Positions 50,744-59,098 of a stretch of 64,000 nt of DNA are shown in pieces. The DNA comes from Nitrospirota bacterium. GTDB taxonomy: Bacteria; Nitrospirota; Thermodesulfovibrionia; Thermodesulfovibrionales; Dissulfurispiraceae. The stretch spans positions 64,001 to 128,000 of the forward strand of contig CAWBMP010000004.1 in assembly GCA_963790025.1 (NCBI GenBank). The letters run 5' to 3'. The position numbers were made by a program, and so were the translations under genes. Position 1 is the first letter of the stretch. Every line of letters begins with the position of its first letter. The notes under the pieces are model-generated. The model had not been told where the DNA came from, did no database searches, and was given only the letters and a program-made list of their open reading frames with translations.

Positions 50744-52267
50744 TCATTCCTGCAGCCATTCCTTCAGTACCATCGCTGCCGTGCGCGGGTCTTTTTTCAC
50801 CACCTCCGTCACTTGTTCTTTCCTCAAAGCTTCAGTACTGACTTCTGTCTCAACCGCCGAAGGCACTACCGGCTGCACCTCTTTGGGTGACGGGGCAATT
50901 TTCGGTTGGGCTTTCAGCGTCTCTATAACAGGTTTGATGACAAAGAAAATGATCAATACGATCAGGACGAGAGGCACCATATATTTTAATACGGAGAGCG
51001 CGGCCCTCATGTAATCCGTTTTCTCGACTTCTTCGGGCACCGTTTCAAAGGGAACATTCTCTACAATCACCTGATCGCCACGATCTTTATTGAATCCTAT
51101 GGCAGCCTTTATTATTTCGTCATATTTCTTTAATTCCTCATCACCCCTGGCCTGGTATACTGTTTTATCCTTCACTTTTTTATAGGTGCCGTCGACAAGC
51201 ACGGCAACGGACACGCTTTTAACTTCACCCCGCGGCTGGATTATCTTGCTGACACTCCTGCTTACTTCGTAATTTATATTTTCAGTAGTCTTCTGTGAGG
51301 AAGAAGATGAAGATGAGGGAGCTGCAACTGCAGCTTGAGGTCCCGGCTGGTTTGAAAGCACACCAGGAATGCCGCCACCGCCACCGCCACCGCTGCTTTT
51401 TTCCGTGTTGCGTTGTACGCTGCGCATGGCTATTGTGTCAGGATCGAAACTTTCTTCGGTCTTTTCGACTTGCGCGTAATCTATCTTTGTCGCAGCCCTG
51501 ACAATCACTTTGCCTTTTCCGATAATGCCCTCAAGCATGCTTGCCAGCTTGCTTTCGTAATCCTTGTCCACTGCTTTCTGGTAATCACGTTGTTTCGCAT
51601 CGACAGTGGCATCCCCATCAGCAGGCCTTGAAAGCATGTTACCCATGCTGTCTATTACCGCCACATTATCAGGGGACAAGCCTTCAACAGCGCTCGAAAC
51701 CAGGTGCAAAATACCGCCTATCTGTCCCTGGCTCAAGACTCTCCCCGTCCTAAGTTTCAAAACAACAGAGGCGGTAGGCCTCTCTTCTTTTTCTGTAAAA
51801 ATAGTCCGTTCGGGTATAGCTATATGCACTCTTGCCTGGTCCACTTCGGAAAGTTGCCGTATTGTCCTTGCCAGCTCGCCCTGCAACGCCCTTATATAAT
51901 TCAACCGCTGAACAAATTCAGTCACACCAAGCTGGTTCTTGTCAAATATCTCAAAACCGACCCCTCCCCCGGAAGGAATGCCCTGAGCAGCCAACTCAAG
52001 CCTGAGTTCATAGACTTTATTACCAGGAACATAAATGGCATTTCCATCTACCTTGTAAATCACCTTCATGTCTTTTAATTTATTGATGACCTGACCGGCA
52101 TCTTCCTGGGTCAGATTACTGAAGAGGACCTGGTAGTCAATACGCTCACTCCACAGCATGATCCCTGCCATGAGAGCTATGGTAAGTGCAATAACAGAAC
52201 AAAGGGCTATTTTCTTCTTAAGCGGCCATGTTTTTATTTGATTCAGCACATCATTCCATGCCATCAA
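50744..52267 (-). CDS. fliF: MS-ring protein
   Basis: GFEIFD, RALQGELARTI, ARVHIAIP, PTASV, NYEVS. Confidence 0.97.
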   Translation of the reverse strand: MMAWNDVLNQIKTWPLKKKIALCSVIALTIALMAGIMLWSERIDYQVLFSNLTQEDAGQVINKLKDMKVIYKVDGNAIYVPGNKVYELRLELAAQGIPSGGGVGFEIFDKNQLGVTEFVQRLNYIRALQGELARTIRQLSEVDQARVHIAIPERTIFTEKEERPTASVVLKLRTGRVLSQGQIGGILHLVSSAVEGLSPDNVAVIDSMGNMLSRPADGDATVDAKQRDYQKAVDKDYESKLASMLEGIIGKGKVIVRAATKIDYAQVEKTEESFDPDTIAMRSVQRNTEKSSGGGGGGGIPGVLSNQPGPQAAVAAPSSSSSSSQKTTENINYEVSRSVSKIIQPRGEVKSVSVAVLVDGTYKKVKDKTVYQARGDEELKKYDEIIKAAIGFNKDRGDQVIVENVPFETVPEEVEKTDYMRAALSVLKYMVPLVLIVLIIFFVIKPVIETLKAQPKIAPSPKEVQPVVPSAVETEVSTEALRKEQVTEVVKKDPRTAAMVLKEWLQE

Positions 52268-52283
52268 TTAAACCCCGCAATAA

Positions 52284-52357
52284 CGTGCTGCTTACAGCGC
52301 ACTGCGTTCCAAAGTCCGTTTCGGGGGCTTTTCACGCAGTGCGCTGTAAGCAACACG
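52284..52357. repeat. Heptamer-family inverted element with 19-bp perfect stem
   Basis: TGCTTACAGCGCACTGCGT (52289-52307) / ACGCAGTGCGCTGTAAGCA (52334-52352). Confidence 0.85.
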
Positions 52358-52362
52358 CGAAT

Positions 52363-52659
52363 TTATACCTGCATGCCCATAATTTGACTATATGCAGCCA
52401 GGAGCTTGTTTCGTACCTGAAGCAAGGTTTGCATGGAAACATCGGCCTTTTCCATGGCAACTACGACGGTATGCACATCCTTAACGTTGCCTTTTGAAAA
52501 ATCCTGGATAGCGTTATCAGCATCATTTTGAACTTCCGACACGGCCTTTATTGCATCCTTTATGGCTGTATCAAACGATGCAGTTCCTTTCTGGACCGTT
52601 TTTGAAGCTTCAGGAATGCCCTGCTGTATATCTCCCACGACCTTTCCGATTTCATTCAT
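52363..52659 (-). CDS. fliE: Hook-basal body complex protein
   Basis: DVHTVVVAMEKA...QVRNKLLAAYSQIMGMQV. Confidence 0.95.
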   Translation of the reverse strand: MNEIGKVVGDIQQGIPEASKTVQKGTASFDTAIKDAIKAVSEVQNDADNAIQDFSKGNVKDVHTVVVAMEKADVSMQTLLQVRNKLLAAYSQIMGMQV

Positions 52660-52670
52660 AAAAACCTCCG

Positions 52671-53078
52671 TTACACTTTAGTAATATCAAGTGTTTTCAT
52701 AAACATATCTTTATACGATGCCATCAGAGTCAGGTTCGCCTCATAGGAGTGAGTAGCGTCTATGAGATTGACCATCTCCTCCATAGTATTCACATTAGGG
52801 TAGCTTACAAAGCCATCTTTATCGGCATCAGGATGACCAGGTTCATAGACCTTTTTAGGGGGCCTCTGGTCTTCAACAATTTTCGAGATATTGACGCCAA
52901 CGGAACTCGCGTCATAGAGATACGATTCGAATCTCACATCCTGCCTTTTGTATGGCCCGCCGGCTGGAGTCGAAGTCGAGTTAACATTAGCTATATTGGA
53001 AGCAATAATATTCATTCTTATCTTCTGAGCTTCAAGTCCGGTTGCACTAACTTTTAACGGCAAAAACATATCTTCCAT
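52671..53078 (-). CDS. flgC: Proximal rod protein
   Basis: ASNIANVNS, GGPYKR, YEPGHPDA, YEANL. Confidence 0.96.
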   Translation of the reverse strand: MEDMFLPLKVSATGLEAQKIRMNIIASNIANVNSTSTPAGGPYKRQDVRFESYLYDASSVGVNISKIVEDQRPPKKVYEPGHPDADKDGFVSYPNVNTMEEMVNLIDATHSYEANLTLMASYKDMFMKTLDITKV

Positions 53079-53088
53079 TTAAAACCCC

Positions 53089-53164
53089 CGTTCAGCGTGC
53101 GGCGAACAGCTTACTGCGTCAAAAGCCTCTAAAGCGGACCTTGGAACGCTGTAAGCAGTACGCG
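53089..53164. repeat. Heptamer tandem-repeat inverted element
   Basis: CGTTCAGCGTGCGGCGAACAGCTTACTGCGT arm and AACGCTGTAAGCAGTACGCG arm. Confidence 0.7.
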
Positions 53165-53167
53165 TTT

Positions 53168-53506
53168 TTATGGTGCTGTTAACACATTCTTTATCATGCG
53201 GATTTTCATACTCATTAACTGGGTCCCCGTGTCGTATAATAACGTATTTTCGGCAACCTTTGCCATCTCAATATCGAGATTTACCGTATTACCGTCTCTC
53301 TCAGGCAATGTTGTTCTGGACTCATAGACCTCGTACCCTGAATTTCCGTCTGAACTAATCGCCTTTTGCATCTCTTTCTGGAACGATATATCTTGTGCCT
53401 TATACCCGGGTGTGTCCGCGTTGGCGATATTTGATGTCAACACTTTATTCCTGTACGCAGTAACGTCAAGCATATGTTGAAGTGTTGTTAACGGATCGTT
53501 CGGCAT
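53168..53506 (-). CDS. flgB: Proximal rod protein
   Basis: SNIANADTPGYKA, DGNTVNLDIEM. Confidence 0.95.
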   Translation of the reverse strand: MPNDPLTTLQHMLDVTAYRNKVLTSNIANADTPGYKAQDISFQKEMQKAISSDGNSGYEVYESRTTLPERDGNTVNLDIEMAKVAENTLLYDTGTQLMSMKIRMIKNVLTAP

Positions 53507-53549
53507 TACATCCCTCCTTCTCGGTAAAATAGCAGACGCTGTTTTATAT

Positions 53550-53564
53550 GCAATTTTTATTCCT
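53550..53564 (-). promoter_or_regulatory. Sigma54 promoter of flgB operon
   Basis: AGGAAT-AAAAA-TTGC (GG-N10-GC); IHF site TATCAA-GCAA-TTA at 53751-53763; box GGTAATTTTTTCCT at 53773-53786. Confidence 0.7.
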
Positions 53565-53599
53565 GAAATTCGTTAATAAATTATTGTCTTTTTACATAT

Positions 53600-53746
53600 C
53601 ATCAAACTCTTAAAAAAAGTCCTCCAGTCTGTGATTGCGAGCAGGGCAAAGCGATCTCTCAGTTTATAACTCATTGAAAAAATGAGATTGCCATGTCGCT
53701 TAACTCCTCGTAATGACAATGGTAAAGACTTTTTATATGTTCGTCA
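53600..53746. mobile_element. Degenerate MITE/REP-like element
   Basis: Outer inverted ends ...AAAAAAAGTC / GACTTTTTATATGTTCGTCA; inner GTGATTGCGAG...GCGATCTC / GAGATTGC...CTCGTAATGAC. Confidence 0.6.
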
Positions 53747-53800
53747 CAGTTAATTGCTTGATAATTCGACCAGGTAATTTTTTCCTGATCAGCCAATTAA

Positions 53801-55108
53801 CTATTCACCCATATACTCCTCGTCACGAATAGTATACTCCTTTATCTTGTTCCTGACGGTCCGGACTGTTTTCCCTAATAATCCTGCAGCCTTTGTCTTA
53901 TTCCCGCCGGTTTTTCTGAGTGTCTCAATTATTAATTCCCGTTCCATGTCTTTAATGGTTCCAGTTTTGGCAGCATCCGCAGCCGCTTCATTCTTCGACG
54001 GTCCACCGGACGGCTGGGCGGACGGAGGCGTTAATACTTCTGCCCGAGATATAACCGCAGTCCTGTAAATAAAATTATCAATTTCCCTGGCATTGCCTTC
54101 CCAGTCAGCATCAAGAATATATGATTTAAGCTCATCTGAGAGTGAGAAGTGTTTGCTCATCTTGACAGACAATTTCTTCAGAAAGAACTCTGCCAAAGGG
54201 ATGATATCGTTTCGACGTTCCCTGAGAGGCGGCAGCTTCAGGGGGAAAACATTTAACCTGTAATAAAGGTCCTCCCTGAAACGCCCCTTTTTCACTTCGG
54301 CGAGAAGATCGCAATTTGTTGTAGCAATGACCCTCACATCTACGGGAATAGGTAATCGGCCCCCTATGCGGTCTATCTCTCTTTCCTGAATTGCCCTAAG
54401 CAGCTTAGCCTGCAAAGAATGCGCCATTTCACTGATTTCGTCCAGAAGCAGTGTTCCATGATTGGAAAGCTCAAACTTGCCCATGTGCCGGTCTACTGCA
54501 CCGGTAAAAGCGCCTTTTTCGTGACCGAACAATTCCGATTCCAGAAGGTTTTCGGAAATAGCGGCACAATTGATGGCAATAAAAGGCTTGTCGGCCCTGA
54601 GGCTGTTCCTATGGATAAATCGGGCAATTACCTCTTTGCCGGTCCCGCTCTCTCCCGACAACAATACGGTAATATCGCTTTTTGCCACTTCCTTTGCTAT
54701 AGACAGCAGATTTTTCATCTCCGATGATTGAGCGACAATATCGGCGTCATCCGACGGAAGTATCCGGTCGATCACCAGTCTGAGCGAGTCGAAAGAAAAC
54801 GGTTTCATAATGTAATCAGTTGCTCCGAGTTTCATGGCATCTACGGCATTCTCAACGGTGCCAAAGCCTGTGATGACAATCACAGGAACAAAAATATGCC
54901 GTTTCCGTATTTCCTGGAGAAACTGGATTCCGTTCATCTTCGGCATCTTCATGTCCGTGATGATCAGTGAGAAATTCATGAGGTTGCAAGACGCAAGGAC
55001 TTCTTCCGGGTTGTGATATACAACAGGATCAAAACCGAACCGCTTCAGCGATTCCTTGAGAGCAAGCGCCATATCGACTTCGTCATCAACTATTAAAACT
55101 GATTTCAT
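53801..55108 (-). CDS. Sigma54-dependent response regulator (FleR/FlrC-like)
   Basis: REC + GESGTGKE + GAFTGA + HTH. Confidence 0.92.
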   Translation of the reverse strand: MKSVLIVDDEVDMALALKESLKRFGFDPVVYHNPEEVLASCNLMNFSLIITDMKMPKMNGIQFLQEIRKRHIFVPVIVITGFGTVENAVDAMKLGATDYIMKPFSFDSLRLVIDRILPSDDADIVAQSSEMKNLLSIAKEVAKSDITVLLSGESGTGKEVIARFIHRNSLRADKPFIAINCAAISENLLESELFGHEKGAFTGAVDRHMGKFELSNHGTLLLDEISEMAHSLQAKLLRAIQEREIDRIGGRLPIPVDVRVIATTNCDLLAEVKKGRFREDLYYRLNVFPLKLPPLRERRNDIIPLAEFFLKKLSVKMSKHFSLSDELKSYILDADWEGNAREIDNFIYRTAVISRAEVLTPPSAQPSGGPSKNEAAADAAKTGTIKDMERELIIETLRKTGGNKTKAAGLLGKTVRTVRNKIKEYTIRDEEYMGE

Positions 55109-55135
55109 TTCATTTTTCTCCGAAAAACCTGACCA

Positions 55136-56239
55136 TTAACTTTTTATCTCCGGCAAGGTAATCACAAACTCCGTACCGACCCCAGAGCTGCTCCTAACCT
55201 CTACGCTACCCTCGTGGGCCGCTATAATGCTGGACGTTATTGACAAGCCGAGGCCGGTCCCCCTGTCTTTTGTCGAAAAGAAGGGTTCAAATATCTTTGA
55301 CCTCGTCTCATTGTCCATGCCGGGACCGTTGTCACGGACCAGAATTTCGGCTGCCTCAGGCCTGACCTCGGAATGACGGATTTCAACGGCTATGGTCCCT
55401 CCCTCAGGCATTGCCTGGACCGAATTCAAAAGTATGTTGATCAACGCCTGCCTTATTAATCCCTTGTCAGCATAGACAGAATGACGTCCGTGTTCTATAA
55501 ATTCAAGTCGCACATTACTTCCCGAAAACAATTCTCTGAATTCCCCGCAAATTTCATCAACAACTTCGTTTAGCAAGCACTCTTCCCGGCGAGGCTTTAT
55601 CTCTCTCGAAAATCTTAGCATGTTATCGAGTGTATTGACGAGCGATTTTACCGAATTAGATATCCTATTTGCATAATCACCGTGTGTCGTGCCCTTGAGG
55701 TCACTGGAGATGAGATTTGCAAACAGCTCTATGCTGCCAAGCGGGTTCCTGATTTCGTGGGCAATTTTTAACACTAACTCGCCCATTGCACTTAGCCGCG
55801 CGTTTCTTTCGCTTTCCGATTCAAGTTGTTTAAGCCTTGAAATATCTTTAAATATCAGTACATGCCCGACATTCTGATCTTCGGAATCGTTGACAGCAAA
55901 ACGGGACACAATGGCATAAAAAGGCTTGCCGTTTTCGGGCAGTATCATGTCATCGTTAATCTCGGCGCGGAGCGAGTCACCCCCTACGATTTCGCCTGCC
56001 TTCACAGAAAGCAACTGTTCTACAGCGCTATTAACCAGACGTATAATCCCCTGATTATCAAAAAAAACAACTCCGACATCAATGCTGTCCAGAATGCTGT
56101 TGAGGAGCCGTTTCTTGTGATCTACCTCTTCGGTCAGCAATATGACCTTGTCTTCGAGCGTCTTGTAATAGTGTGACAGCGTCGCCGAAGCAGAATTAAA
56201 GCTTTCGATCGCTTTGTTGAGCAGTTCTATATCAGCCAT
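55136..56239 (-). CDS. PAS sensor histidine kinase (FleS/FlrB-like)
   Basis: AIESFNSASATL...Y..LE N-terminus, IAHEIRNPL, N/G1/F/G2 boxes. Confidence 0.92.
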   Translation of the reverse strand: MADIELLNKAIESFNSASATLSHYYKTLEDKVILLTEEVDHKKRLLNSILDSIDVGVVFFDNQGIIRLVNSAVEQLLSVKAGEIVGGDSLRAEINDDMILPENGKPFYAIVSRFAVNDSEDQNVGHVLIFKDISRLKQLESESERNARLSAMGELVLKIAHEIRNPLGSIELFANLISSDLKGTTHGDYANRISNSVKSLVNTLDNMLRFSREIKPRREECLLNEVVDEICGEFRELFSGSNVRLEFIEHGRHSVYADKGLIRQALINILLNSVQAMPEGGTIAVEIRHSEVRPEAAEILVRDNGPGMDNETRSKIFEPFFSTKDRGTGLGLSITSSIIAAHEGSVEVRSSSGVGTEFVITLPEIKS

Positions 56240-56246
56240 AATTAAT

Positions 56247-56333
56247 CAGGCATAGGCATAGGTTAAGATTGAGAATAAAATTTTTTTCTTCACTTTATTC
56301 TTTTACTCCACCTTTACCTTTTCCTTTACCTCT
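56247..56333. repeat. Hexamer tandem-repeat inverted element
   Basis: AGGCAT AGGCAT AGGTTA arm and CCACCT TTACCT TTTCCT TTACCT arm. Confidence 0.7.
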
Positions 56334-56337
56334 CTTT

Positions 56338-58035
56338 TTATTCACCTTTAATTAATAATTTGGCAGCTTCTCCCACTGCCCCGCCGCCATTAGCGGCCTT
56401 TTTCAGATACTCTTTGTCATTGGTCATTTTGCCGTACTGGTAGTAAGCCCACTGGCGGCTCTTCTCATCGGGAAGCCCCAGACTCAGGGCCCGTTTATAA
56501 TACACACGTGATTTGGAAAGATTCCCTGAGAGGAATAGCAGATCACCCGCCTTAAGCGCAGCGACCGCATCGCCGTATACGTCAGAAGCCACTTTGTAAT
56601 ATTGCAATGCCCTGGCCTTGTCTCCGGTCTCAAGATATAAATCTGCGATTTTATTGCTGATCCTGGCGCTTTTTGAATATTTGTTTGCCTTTTCCAGATA
56701 ACCGATAGCGCCTTGCAAGTCGCCTTTTTGGCTCAATATGTCAATCATGAGAAACGTCGCCTTTACAAAATATCTGTTGTCCAGCAAAAGAGGGGCCAGA
56801 GTTTTTTCGGCTTCGCTGTATTTACCATCTTTGAAAAGCATTTGGGCCATTAACAGCGCGGCATCTCCTTCCTGAACACCGTGCATCGCCTTATTGAGCA
56901 GTAAATTGCCCTCCAATTTTTTTCCGTTTTCGATCAGGTATTGTGCGGCAGTAAGAATGAAAGGGCTTTCCTGGCTGATCGAAGCCAGGAATTTGAGAAG
57001 GCATTCCGCAGCCTTAGGATCTTTGGCGGCAATAAGCTGCCTCAGTCGCTTTTCAATTTCTGACGACCGTTTTCCCTTGTCCTTCAGCAGACTCGCATAT
57101 CTCAATGCATTTTCTCTATCTCCCTTTTTATCGTAAAGCGAGGCTATGGACATTTTAACGCTGTCGTCTGTTTCGTAAGGCCCTAAATCGAGATACAATT
57201 TCAGAGCATCATCCACCCTTCCCTTACCTTCATACACTTTGGCAAGAATTTTCTGTGCCTTCTGTTTCTCGATCATGGATACAGGGTCTGCAATGATGGA
57301 CTCACACAGTTTCTCTGCCCTATCCATCCGCGAAGCGTTAAAATAAATCAATGCCTTGTCCGCCCTCAAGTCCTCTTCTCTCAATATTACATCGAAAATT
57401 TTATTGATAACGCTCACTGCCTCTTTGTGCATTCCCTTTTTGCTTAATATGACGGCCTGTACATAGAGCGCCCGTGGATTGCGTCCCAGCTCTTTTTTGT
57501 CCATGGCGTTAATGATGGATTCCGCAGCCGCAACATCATCGCGCTTAAGGGCCACCTCTGCTCTTCCTATATCAGCTTTTTGTTTTAAAGGAGCGACTAC
57601 CTGCTCAAAATAATGCTGTGCCTGATCGAATTTTTTGTCATACATTAAGATATAGCCCGTGAGTAAAAAGGCCTCGTCCACATACTCAGACTGAGGGAAG
57701 GCCAGTAAAAAGCGCTGCAGATTCAGACGCGCTTCAGAATAGCGCTTCAGTTTGTAATCAGTTCTCACCATGCCCCACAATGCACGTTCGGAAAACGGGC
57801 CCCTCCTGTTGTTAATAAAAACTCCCCGATAAATCTCTTCCGCCTTATTGTAGTGTCTGGTCTTATAAAAGTAGTCTGCTGATTTCAGCGGATCTTCGGC
57901 AGCAAATGAGCGAATGGGTAAAAAGGTAAATGAGCAGATGAGTAAAAGTGTAAATGAAAGGTCAATTATCTGACATAGAGTCATTAGCAATCTCTTGCAA
58001 GTGTTATTTTTATGACAGTTTATCCATTCTCTCAT
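56338..58035 (-). CDS. Exported TPR-repeat protein
   Basis: Signal peptide ending SFA, multiple TPR helices (FLLAFPQSEYVDEA). Confidence 0.85.
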   Translation of the reverse strand: MREWINCHKNNTCKRLLMTLCQIIDLSFTLLLICSFTFLPIRSFAAEDPLKSADYFYKTRHYNKAEEIYRGVFINNRRGPFSERALWGMVRTDYKLKRYSEARLNLQRFLLAFPQSEYVDEAFLLTGYILMYDKKFDQAQHYFEQVVAPLKQKADIGRAEVALKRDDVAAAESIINAMDKKELGRNPRALYVQAVILSKKGMHKEAVSVINKIFDVILREEDLRADKALIYFNASRMDRAEKLCESIIADPVSMIEKQKAQKILAKVYEGKGRVDDALKLYLDLGPYETDDSVKMSIASLYDKKGDRENALRYASLLKDKGKRSSEIEKRLRQLIAAKDPKAAECLLKFLASISQESPFILTAAQYLIENGKKLEGNLLLNKAMHGVQEGDAALLMAQMLFKDGKYSEAEKTLAPLLLDNRYFVKATFLMIDILSQKGDLQGAIGYLEKANKYSKSARISNKIADLYLETGDKARALQYYKVASDVYGDAVAALKAGDLLFLSGNLSKSRVYYKRALSLGLPDEKSRQWAYYQYGKMTNDKEYLKKAANGGGAVGEAAKLLIKGE

Positions 58036-58047
58036 ATACGTGTTTAC

Positions 58048-59043
58048 TTATAGATCCAATCGTTTCATTTTCTCGATTAATGTAGTGCGGTTGATATTAA
58101 GATATTTTGCAGCCTGGCTCTTAACCCCTTTATATAGCTCCAGCGCGTGGAGAATAAGTCTTTTTTCATAACCCACAAGTGCGGCATTAAGGTCTATGCC
58201 GCTCACAAAGGGGTTGCTATCGTCATCCTCAACATCAGGGAATTCCGGTATCCGCTTTCCTGTCATGCTTTCAGGTAAATCGGCAGGCTTCACTACGTCA
58301 TCGTCCTTGAGCACAAGAAGTCGCTCTATGGCGTTTTCAAGCTCCCTGACGTTGCCGGGCCATGAGTAACCGGCTAAAACCTTTGTCGCCTCCTCGGTAA
58401 TTGTTATAGGGTTTCTTCCAAATCTTTGTGAGTATTTATCGATAAAGAAGCTGCAAAGCAGAGGAATATCATCTGTCCGATTCCGAAGAGGAGGTATTTC
58501 TATTGGAATGACATTAAGGCGGTAGAAGAGATCTTCCCTGAAACGTCCGCTTTTAACAGAAGTCTCAAGGTCCTGATTGGTTGCTGCGATTATTCTAACG
58601 TCTACATTGATCGTCCTGGTACCGCCTACCCGTTCAAAGGAACGTTCCTGCAGCACCCTGAGGAGCTTCACCTGCAGTATCTGAGGCATCTCCCCGATTT
58701 CGTCAAGAAGTATCGTTCCCCCATCGGCAAGCTCGAACCTGCCAATCCTGGTCGCGATTGCACTGGTAAATGCACCCTTCTCATGGCCGAACAATTCAGA
58801 TTCAAGCAGATCTCCCGGAATTGCCCCGCAATTTACCGGGATAAACGGCCTGTCCGCCCTGTCGCTATGCAGGTGAATGGACTTGGCAATGAGTTCTTTA
58901 CCGGTACCGCTCTCACCTGAAATAAGAACGGTACTCTGACAGCAAGCCACTTTGGCTGTTAACTCGTAAATACGCTTAATACCGGGGGAATTTCCAACAA
59001 TACTGACGGGACTGACGCTTCCTGAAGAGGTACCGTAACCCAT
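58048..59043 (-). CDS. Sigma54 activator, FleQ/FlrA-like, without N-terminal sensor domain
   Basis: GESGTGKE, VNCGAIP, GAFTSA, GRFELA, WPGNVREL, INRTTLIEKM HTH. Confidence 0.9.
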   Translation of the reverse strand: MGYGTSSGSVSPVSIVGNSPGIKRIYELTAKVACCQSTVLISGESGTGKELIAKSIHLHSDRADRPFIPVNCGAIPGDLLESELFGHEKGAFTSAIATRIGRFELADGGTILLDEIGEMPQILQVKLLRVLQERSFERVGGTRTINVDVRIIAATNQDLETSVKSGRFREDLFYRLNVIPIEIPPLRNRTDDIPLLCSFFIDKYSQRFGRNPITITEEATKVLAGYSWPGNVRELENAIERLLVLKDDDVVKPADLPESMTGKRIPEFPDVEDDDSNPFVSGIDLNAALVGYEKRLILHALELYKGVKSQAAKYLNINRTTLIEKMKRLDL

Positions 59044-59078
59044 GTCATAAATATGACATAAATGATATCAAATGTCAA
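59043..59078 (-). promoter_or_regulatory. Sigma70 promoter overlapped by palindrome TGTCATAAATATGACA
   Basis: TTGACA-N17-CATATT ending 6 nt before the ATG; palindrome 59043-59058. Confidence 0.6.
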
Positions 59079-59098
59079 TAAATTTTTGTTACACTTCA

